From the NCBI GenBank assembly GCA_009602735.1, contig WELA01000984.1, forward strand, positions 395,226 through 415,225: a DNA stretch of 20,000 bases, read 5' to 3'. This document shows, piece by piece, positions 10,861 to 18,893 of the stretch; the stretch's first letter is position 1, and the number at the start of each line of letters is the position of its first letter. The DNA comes from Mesotaenium endlicherianum (Eukaryota). Under the pieces are notes generated by a model. That model did no database searches and was not told the DNA's origin. It was given only the letters and a program-made list of their open reading frames with translations. Position numbers and translations under genes: made by a program.

Positions 10861-12119
10861 GACAACTTTTTGGGGCATGAAAGTGCACGATGGCCCTTTT
10901 CCTTGCAATAGAAGCATAGTCCAGCCGTCATGAGAGCTTCTTTTTCAGCCGGGGAGAGTCTTGCTTTCACTCCTTGCTGGTTTCTTGCATCATAAGTGTC
11001 ATTGGAGGGTCTTCCACTCTTCCGGGCAGCCGCGGGGTCCCTTTTAATAACTCCGATTTCCATGGGTGTGGGTCCAGATTCGGATGTGGAAGGGGCTGCG
11101 TACACCCGCGTCGTCGGTACCCGTGAAGATGAAGGCACGGAGTGCTTGAAATCCAAGGTATCCACCTTTTGGGCCACTTCAATGATCTTTGAGAAGTCCG
11201 TCAAGTCGCGTAACTCCACTTCCTTTGCCACCTTGGGTTTGAGGCCAAAGATGTAACGGTCAATCTTCTCCTCGAGAGACATGTTGGGGATCTCAAGAGT
11301 GAGGGCGTGAAATCTGGATGTATACTCTTGAACGGACGTCGTTTGCTTGAGATGGTGGAGCTTTCCTCGGGCAATCTTCTCCGCATTGATGGGCATGAAT
11401 TGCTTCTTGAGGGCCTCACGAAAATCTGCCCATCTTGCATATGATGGTGGGGGCTCTTGGCCGAGCATGGGGTGCGCCATAGCTTGATATATAGCCGCTT
11501 GATAGTTACGCCACCATGATGTTGCTGCTCCTCTAAGTAAGGTAACGGCAAAGGGAACGTAGTCCTCCTCGGGTACTTCAAGGAACGCGAGGTACGTCTC
11601 CACTTGGTAGAGCCATAAATTCAGGTTGGCACCTTTCCCGGGGTTGAAAGTGTCGGGTTTGCCGGGCTTGATGAGTTTCCTTGCTCTCGTTGGCTCTTGT
11701 GGAGGCGCTTGAGCCGGGGCTGGATTTTGAGCATTGCTCGCAATAGGGGCAACCATGGCAGCCATAGCTTCTCTTGACGCTTGCACGGTTGCTTCATAGG
11801 TGGCCAAGCCCACTTGGTTGTGGACGGTCATTAGGAAGGCTGCCCACTCATTTGCGGGAACTCCTTGTGGTGGGGTCAACTTTGCTATAGCGGCTGCCAC
11901 GGGATTTGACGGTGCTCCTCCTTGTGGTGCTTCTTGTTGTTGCAGATTTCCTTGAGTAGGCTCTCCCATCGACGCTGGAGGAGGGTGTGCTCCTCCTTGT
12001 GGTGCTTCTTGTTGTTGCAGATTTTCTTGAGTGGGCTCTCCCATCGGCGCTGGAGGAGGGTGTCTTGGAGAGGAAGGGCTTCCTTCGAAAGCTTGCTGTT
12101 GGTCTTGAGGATCGGCCAT
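10839..12119 (-). CDS. gag: Gag of B (426 aa)
   Basis: [29 protein letters not shown] and zinc knuckle [17 protein letters not shown] lies 24 nt after the PBS. Confidence 0.95.
   Translation of the reverse strand: MADPQDQQQAFEGSPSSPRHPPPAPMGEPTQENLQQQEAPQGGAHPPPASMGEPTQGNLQQQEAPQGGAPSNPVAAAIAKLTPPQGVPANEWAAFLMTVHNQVGLATYEATVQASREAMAAMVAPIASNAQNPAPAQAPPQEPTRARKLIKPGKPDTFNPGKGANLNLWLYQVETYLAFLEVPEEDYVPFAVTLLRGAATSWWRNYQAAIYQAMAHPMLGQEPPPSYARWADFREALKKQFMPINAEKIARGKLHHLKQTTSVQEYTSRFHALTLEIPNMSLEEKIDRYIFGLKPKVAKEVELRDLTDFSKIIEVAQKVDTLDFKHSVPSSSRVPTTRVYAAPSTSESGPTPMEIGVIKRDPAAARKSGRPSNDTYDARNQQGVKARLSPAEKEALMTAGLCFYCKEKGHRALSCPKKLSKNGQRR
11913..12062 (-). repeat. In-frame 2 x 75-bp tandem duplication in the gag N-terminus
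   Basis: [25 protein letters not shown] followed by [25 protein letters not shown]. Confidence 0.92.
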
Positions 12120-12143
12120 CTTCTTGTGCTACCAAAGTGCCTA

Positions 12144-12155
12144 GCTCCGATACCA
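12144..12155 (-). other. Primer binding site of B (initiator tRNA-Met type)
   Basis: TGGTATCGGAGC 1 nt from the LTR end; differs at one base from the usual plant TGGTATCAGAGC. Confidence 0.9.
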
Positions 12156-12156
12156 C

Positions 12157-12660
12157 TGTAGTGAAACAGATAGATAAAGTACTTAGTAAAACAGAATACT
12201 TTATCTATTCAAGACAAGGATCTTTGAACACAAGTGGTAGCTTCTTGAAAGAGAGATGGCTTCTTGAAAGTTAATATATTTCTGGATTTTGGCAAGTACA
12301 AGAGTGATTCTGGAATGTCTTTCTATGTTCTAGCTCTTGTTTATATACTTGCTACATAAGTAATTTCTAGGAAGGTGTATGTTGATGTGTTGGCACCCAA
12401 CACATCCCAAAACTTGCCACCTCTTTCTAGAATAATGTACACATGTCCTTTTGACCTAAAAATGGCACATCTGACTTTTGCCACATGGAGTTCTTCTAGG
12501 TCTTTCCTCTAACTTCGAAAATGCCTTGGAAGGTTCAAAGGACATGAACCAAGTAACTAGAGTACCTATTCACACTTGACTCCACACAATACTACTCCAA
12601 ATATATTTGAAAACATTAAACATATATGCAAACTAATATATAATAACTCAAATCACTACA
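12157..12660 (-). repeat. 5' LTR of B (504 bp)
   Basis: TGTAGTGA...TCACTACA ends, followed by the PBS. Confidence 0.96.
12340..12347 (-). promoter_or_regulatory. Candidate TATA box in the B 5' LTR
   Basis: TATATAAA on the sense strand; present in the A LTR and solo LTR, mutated in the B 3' LTR. Confidence 0.5.
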
Positions 12661-14315
12661 TTAGCCAACCCGAGGAAGGATCTAACTTCAGAGACACACT
12701 GTGGTACTGGCCAGTCCCTTATGCTCTGGACTTTCTTGGGATACACACTGATGCCCTCTTTACTGACAACGTGGCCTAAGAATTCAATACTTTCCTTAAC
12801 GAAATCACACTTGCTCCTTTTAGCATATAAGTGATTTCGTCTAAGAGTGTCCATGACTGTCTTTAAGTGTTCAGCGTGCTGAGCTTCATCTTTAGAGAAA
12901 ATTCAAATATAATCCAGGAAAACTTGGACAAACTTATCCAAATAAGGTCTAAAAATGTCATTCATAGCACCCATGAAGGTCGCAGGAGCATTAGTCAATC
13001 CAAATGGCATCACTTTGAACTCATAGTGTCCATAACGTGTGCGGAAGGCAGTCTTGTGGTCGTCTCCCTCAGCAATTTTGATTTGATAATAACCACTCTT
13101 GTGATCTATCTTACTGAACTTCTTAGCACCAGACAGGGTATCAAGCAAGTCCTTGATTCTGGGTAAAGCATGCATGTTCTTTACTGAAATTCTGTTCAGG
13201 GCTCTGTAATCCACACACATTCGCCTACTGCCATCCTTTTTCTTAACAAATAGGATAGGTGCGCCGTAAGGTGATTTACTGGGGGAAATATAATCATTTC
13301 CCTCAAGCTCTGCAATCTGTGTTTTCAACTCCTCGCTCTCCACATAAGACAAGCCATAAGTGCGTTGCCAAGGTGTCTGACTCTCAGGTAATAAATCAAT
13401 CCTATGATCCACTTCCTTGCTAGGGGGTAGTCCAGGCATATTGAATACATCCGTGTACTGAGCAACAATTTTTGCAGCAGTAGGGTGCTCCGGATGGCTT
13501 ACCTTTTTCTCCACCACTTCTTCAGGTTGAGGAGGTACCTCTCTTAGCAGCAGACAGAACATTCTGTCTTCCTTCTGGTTCCAGCTTTTGACAAACTCCA
13601 TTGCATTTAGCAACTTGCATCCTTCTGGAAGCCTCTTCTTTCCTTCAGTTGCCATCCACACAGGACAAGAGGAAGAGCACTGGTGGGTGCCAAGTCAGTC
13701 TGCCCATCACTGGCTCCTCTCACTTTAACTGTACCTCAGCTCCAACACACTTCAGCTTGATGTCTATTATGCCAGGACCTGCCTTGCACGAGATCATAAA
13801 AGCCAGTGTTGAGTACCTCAAATGTAAGCGTTTCAGTTAGAACTGCAATGCCAGAACCTAACTGGACCTCAATAGGCTTGGTTATAACTCCTCCCGGGAT
13901 ACTTGAGGCATCTCCAAGGAATATTTTTCTATTCCCTTGGGTGACAGTAGGCGGCCTTAGCCGCTTAACTAAGTCCTTGTGGATAAAAGTATGTGACGCC
14001 CCTCCGTCAACAAATGCCCTCACCTTCCTCCTTGCAATCATGCAATGCAGTAGGATAGGAGGGACTGTCTTTTCCTGACTTTTGCATTGTTCTCCTGTCG
14101 TAGCAATGAAATGTTGGACATCAGGTGGAACAAGAGCATCCAGAGTGTGCACTCTCTGGACGTCTATATTGCTGATGGTGTCCTTTATCTGGTTGTCAGG
14201 TATGCATAGTGAATCCAGTTCAGCAGGACCCATAATACCTGCTACGAGGGAAGCTAGTGACGACTCACTATCTCTAGCATCCTCACAGTATACTGGATTA
14301 TTGACTGTTACTTTC
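12661..14315 (-). pseudogene. pol: C pol piece 1: protease and RT
   Basis: FVDGGASHTFI (protease), [22 protein letters not shown]; the catalytic motif is decayed to FLDYI*. Confidence 0.92.
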
Positions 14316-15763
14316 TTTTAAAGGCTGGTCTTTTCTCTCGGACTTCGGAACGTGCTTGACTGGACACTGTTCTCTGTAGTGGCTCAACTGCTGACAATGG
14401 ATTTTGATGAGGCTGGTCTTAGCTTAGTTCTACCACCACCTCTTCCATAGCCGTCTCGAGAGAAACCACCTCTACCTCTAGATTGCATAGCATTGTACTC
14501 ATACCCATATTCATCACCCTGATCATCCTCAGCCTGGTCTCCTTCAATTGCATTGTAGGAACCGTGGGGCTTTTTGACGACCTTAGACACCAAAGCATTA
14601 CTCTGGCGCTTGTGATTGAACTGCTGCTGATCCCAGGCATCAGCATCCTGGATCAAGTCAGCCAGTTTCTCATACTTCTTTTTAGCAAAATGACCAGAGA
14701 CTTCAGATTTCAAGCCATACGTGAAGTATGCTATCCTATACCGTTCTGGCAAGTCCGGCTGTTTCATCATGTTCTCCTGGAACTTTTGAGCAAACTTAGC
14801 AACTGAAGTGGTCTGCTTTAGTGTCAGGGAGATCATCGCATAGATAGCTTTCTCCTGCTGGTTGATGACATCAAACTTCTCATGCAACTTCTCGACAAAC
14901 TCTACCCACGTAGGGTCACCGAGTTGCTGAGCCTTACGCTCTCCTTTCCAGTATAGCCACCAGTCTGCGACACTGCCTTTCAGTAGCGCACCAGTGTGCT
15001 AGACCTTCTCGTAATCTTGCAATTCTGGGTAATTCTCCAGCCACTGCTCAACATCCGCAAGAAATTTGATCAGGTAATATTATCTGTTTCCCTCAGGATC
15101 ATAATCCTGGGGAGGTTTCTGCTTGGGCTTACTAGGCCCTCTGCCACCACCACCCGTGGTTTGAGAACTCAGTTGGTCCTTGTCCCGCAGTACAGACATT
15201 ATGATTTTTTTGTCCTCCTGTTGGGACTGATACATGGTCGCCATTTGCGACTGCATTTGAACGAACAATGCTCCCAAGTCTACGCTCTGAGGTGGGAGTC
15301 TAGCAAATGCAGCAGCAGTAGTATCAACTTGCTGACTAGTGTTCTCAACCGTCCCTCTCGCTCCTGCAGCAGCAATTCCTGCCGCGTTCAGCCGGTCACG
15401 AATTTGACCTAGGGGTACATTGAGTTGTACAGCTGGAGGTGGGTTCAGAACGTTGGCCCTTGATGCCATAAGTTCTTCGACAGTGTGGTCGTCTGCTGGC
15501 TGTCCTTCCCTCCTTTCTGTATCTTCAGCGGCCTTCGCTAATTGTTCAGCTTCTAATCTGGCTCTCTCCTCCTCAGCGTGCTGTGCTGCAACTGCGGCAA
15601 TAGCAGCTGCCTCATCTGCAGCCTCTCTAGCTGCAGTATCTGCCACTGCTTCAGAATACGTACGGGTTCCCGCTACATGGCTTTCCGCCTGATTTTTGAC
15701 ATTCTCGTTATCCTGGTTCTCTATGTCTCGGGGGTTGCTAGTTTGAGACCTTGTCCTTACCAT
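14298..15763 (-). pseudogene. gag: Gag of C, frameshifted
   Basis: ATG 15763 just after the PBS; LLKGSVADWW..TWVEF, KQTTSVAKFAQKF and a damaged knuckle IHCQQLSHYREQCP across several frames. Confidence 0.85.
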
Positions 15764-15784
15764 ACAAAGAAGACTGTGATAACA

Positions 15785-15796
15785 GCTCCGATACCA
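15785..15796 (-). other. Primer binding site of C
   Basis: TGGTATCGGAGC 1 nt from the LTR end. Confidence 0.9.
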
Positions 15797-15797
15797 C

Positions 15798-16515
15798 TGA
15801 AATGAATGGACTTACCAAATAGGCGATTAACAATCAATAAAGATCTTTATATCAGCAAGTAATCTTTATGGTATATTCCGTTAACTGGTTAAACGGCAAA
15901 GGACAACATACTAGTGGTGAATAATACTCGTAAGTCAAATGTAAGTAAACTGGCATCAATAATGCAATCAGTAAACTCATACATAAGCAAGGTTAGAAGA
16001 CAGTGCGTATCAATGGCTTGTCGCCTTGGATTTAGATCTCCCTTAGTAAGCTGTACAAGAGAGTTGGCCTCGTTTCCACATGTCAAACTCGAGAGCAATC
16101 CTAGCATATGTACATGGAATGAGTTTACTGTTCAACGGCAAGTGCAATGGCTTCGCCTACCCGGGAGTTAACCACGTTGGTAGGACCTCGGTGAACCAAA
16201 TTCACCGCCATATCCCATCATCCCGAATTGCCATCCATCCTAGGAGTGTCATCTTGCCATTCAACTAGCACACCAAACTTAGATGCATATTTAGGCAATT
16301 CGCCGCTACCGAGTACGGAAGTCACCTGGTTGTCAAAGAATGTGTCAGCAAGCTGACTTAAGTCGACTTCAGCTTGCTGCTTCCGGCTGAGTCATTAAAC
16401 TGATTATTATATAAAGTCTAGCAGACTCAATACTAAATAAAGTTCAGCACGCTGAACTTAATTAACTATTATATTTAAATGAATATTATGTCTACCAATA
16501 TACTGATTCATTACA
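15798..16515 (-). repeat. 5' LTR of C (718 bp)
   Basis: Minus-strand ends TGTAATGAAT...ATTCATTTCA form a 9/10 inverted repeat; bounded by the PBS on one side and piggyBac coding sequence on the other. The partner LTR is not in the window. Confidence 0.75.
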
Positions 16516-16902
16516 CCAAGGCTGTAGTACTGTGCAAATGTCTTGTGGCAAATATCTGTGAAAGGCTGCAGTTGCTACGATTTATACTCTCTAAAGTCTT
16601 TAGGAAAGCAATCTCTGTTCTTATTGTCCTTGACATGAAAGTATCTTCTAATATCTTTGAACCTGTTTCTACTCACGAACCTACCAATACTAGGGAGTGT
16701 TAGAGGACCCTTCACACTTTCCTGCCAATATTTTCCAAGTCTTGGCAATGCATGCAGCTCTATAGCCATGCACAAGCGTTGGAATACTTCTATTTCTGTG
16801 CAAGTAACAGGCAGCCAAATTTTGGCACCGCTAAGAGTGGCATATCTATTGGTCTCAACAGCTAGTTGCTCAAAGAACCAAATAGGCATGAGTAAGCAAA
16901 AC
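16516..16902 (-). pseudogene. piggyBac-like (PGBD/DDE_Tnp_1_7-type) transposase fragment
   Basis: FCLLMPIWFFEQLAVETNRYA..W.PVT..EI..F..LPRLGKYW..VSRNRFKDIRRYFHVKDN..*QLQPFTDICHKTFAQYYSLG matches the recognisable piggyBac N-terminal motif order; cut at both ends by LTR termini. Confidence 0.8.
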
Positions 16903-16924
16903 TGTAGTGATTTGAGTTATAATA
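16903..16924 (+). mobile_element. Stub of an A/B-family LTR
   Basis: TGTAGTGATTTGAGTTAT is identical to the first 18 nt of the B LTR; similarity ends at about 16925. Confidence 0.6.
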
Positions 16925-17873
16925 TGTTGTAAAGATCCGAGCTATTTTAGGCGTATTTGGGACGTTTTCCCAATTACCTAAAGTACGTTATACTATTTAT
17001 CATATTATTTGATAAATGATTGCATCATATTCAATATTTTGCCACACGTGTGTGCCGATTAATTCCTGGTCGATTGGCGAAACGACCGAGATACTATTGC
17101 AAAAAGCGTCGTAACGTAACTCGACAACTTCGCAAAAGTACGACATTATTATTCATAAAGTTACTTTGATTAATTATGAGACGATAACTCATTAAATCAT
17201 TGATTGATTAAGTTGATTTGATTGTCATTATTTCGACAATGCACAATCACAGATTTCGAATTTACGACTAGTCGTTAATACGAACAAACCGTCGTATCAA
17301 GATACGAACAAACCGTCGTAAAGACAAACGAAACGAAATATGCAAAGTCGCTTTGCATCGCGACGCGGATTCGAACCCGCGACTTGTCGTTTGAAACGTT
17401 CACACCTAAACCAATTGGCCAAGTAGTTATTCGTAACTCTTGGCCCATGACGTAATTATCTGAACACGACTCCGCGAACAGTTGTGACTTTTTCGAAAAG
17501 TCGCGAGAACGCGAAAACGCTCGTTTGGCGCGAACCGGTTTTCTGAAAACCATTGAAAAGTCTCCAAACCGCCAAACGGCGCGTTTCAAGCATTCGGCCG
17601 AATGGGACACGTCCCTTTGACCGTTTTCGTTGAACATGAATCAGTGCCCTAGGTGGTGACTCGAAGCACTCCAGTGCCTCATGTTGTGCAAGTATAAATA
17701 CCTGTAGAGTCATTGTGAGTGCAACTCTCACAAGCACACATTCTACGTTAGTTTACATTTTCGCTCTTTTGAGTATTCGTCGATTTGCACAATTATACAG
17801 ATTTTCCTTCCACTTGAATCAAATATTCCTTGAATACCGAGAAAAGATCCTCTCGAAAAGCAGAAACGTCACA
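16925..17873 (+). repeat. 5' LTR of D (~950 bp; left end uncertain: 16903, 16925 or 16928)
   Basis: TGT...ACA ends, PBS 1 nt downstream, TATAAAT at 17693, 19-bp direct repeat at 17278-17296 and 17302-17320. Confidence 0.65.
17355..17428 (-). promoter_or_regulatory. Degenerate tRNA-derived module with Pol III A and B boxes
   Basis: A-box-like TGGCCAATTGG (17421-17411) and perfect B box GGTTCGAATCC (17377-17367) start 44 nt apart, as in a tRNA; anticodon and acceptor stems do not pair. Confidence 0.65.
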
Positions 17874-17874
17874 T

Positions 17875-17886
17875 TGGTATCGGAGC
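17875..17886 (+). other. Primer binding site of D
   Basis: TGGTATCGGAGC after ...CACA-T. Confidence 0.9.
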
Positions 17887-17978
17887 CGATCTCGGTTTCT
17901 CCAAGGAATTTTTTTTTTATAGTGGTTTGGAAATATATTTTGGGAAAATATATTTTAGGGGCAATTCTTTATTCGGAC

Positions 17979-18172
17979 GGTCACCCATCCCAATATTGCC
18001 CTGCGCTCCGGTCGCTTATCATAGTTTCTGGGGCAGCTTGTCGAGCGGTCACCCATCCCAATTCTGCCCTGCGCGACGGTCGCTTATCATAGTTTTTGGG
18101 GCAGATTGTTGGCGCAGCCACCCATCCCAGTCCTGCCGTGCGCTACGATCGCTTATTGTAGTTCGTGGGCAG
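17979..18172 (-). repeat. Three ~68-bp tandem units resembling the 5S rRNA internal control region
   Basis: Units start at 17979, 18047 and 18116; minus strand reads TAAGCG-N22-GGATGGGTGACC (GGATGGGTGGCT in unit 3). Confidence 0.7.
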
Positions 18173-18893
18173 AAACCTCGGCTTCCATATGGAACCGACA
18201 TTAGTGCCAACGCTGCTGCCGCTCTTGCCGTTGGCCACGACGACAACCTCAACGGTCCCTCAGGCCAACTAGGCGCTGTCGGAATTTTTTTCGTTGAACC
18301 TTTCTTTTTTCGCCCTTACTAACAACGCGCTTGTTTCTTTTTCAGACGATTTCGACTTTTGTGGTGAAGGGCGCCTATTCAGCCCCTTGCACATGTTCAA
18401 GTCAAAATCTGCACCCGTTTGGGGCTTTTTGCACCGTTGCACACAAAGGGGGTCCATAGGGGACTTTCTTTCTCATCCCCACCCATCCCACCCACCTTGT
18501 GTTCTTGGATGCTATGCGCGTGTTTTGATATACACAAGGGAATTTTGCCCACGGGTCTTTTCCATGACATTGTCGCACTTGTTGTCATTCTACGAGAATT
18601 GACTCGCGCACAATTTCTGGATTCAGAACATTGTCGTCCATATTTGGTCACGTTTTGACCAGATTTGACATGTTTCTTTGACATTAGGTTGATTTTGTTG
18701 CTCATTTGAGTTTGTGGATTGTTTCCCTTTCTCTATTGCTTTGGCACGATGCTTTTGCATCTATTGTATCTCGTCCATTTGCGACTCACCCCTCTCACAT
18801 GGATTTGAGCTTGAAAGCGATAAGAACACCGCCCTGCTTATCACAACGCTCACTCAAATCATGTCAAGGTTGACATTGCATTTAACTTGATAA

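Larger units (their letters stand above)
5948..12660 (-). mobile_element. Element B: intact full-length Ty3/gypsy chromovirus, 6713 bp
   Basis: Two LTRs, PBS, intact gag and pol, PPT, TSD TTAGC (5943-5947, 12661-12665); removing it restores C frame SFLGLANYYKRFIENYSTMASKLTDL. Confidence 0.97.
3388..16515 (-). mobile_element. Element C: decayed Ty3/gypsy chromovirus hosting the nested insertions; 3' end lies left of the window
   Basis: 5' LTR, PBS, gag, PR, RT, RH, INT and chromodomain are collinear on the minus strand once B and the solo LTR are removed; many stops and frameshifts. Confidence 0.92.

Noticed and set aside
7378..12274. Many short alternative-frame and antisense ORFs over gag and pol
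   Set aside because: Shadow ORFs of the retroelement coding sequence with no domain motifs.
17355..17428. Functional tRNA-Glu gene
   Set aside because: Acceptor and anticodon stems do not pair and the T-stem appears to lack a base; kept only as a tRNA-derived module.
15889..17737. Short ORFs within the C and D LTRs
   Set aside because: No recognisable motifs and located in LTR sequence; only 16575-16889 is accepted, as the piggyBac remnant.
17979..18172. CRISPR array or true 5S rRNA genes
   Set aside because: Whole units repeat with no unique spacers and no cas genes. Units are 68 bp and lack the 5' and 3' parts of a 120-nt 5S RNA.
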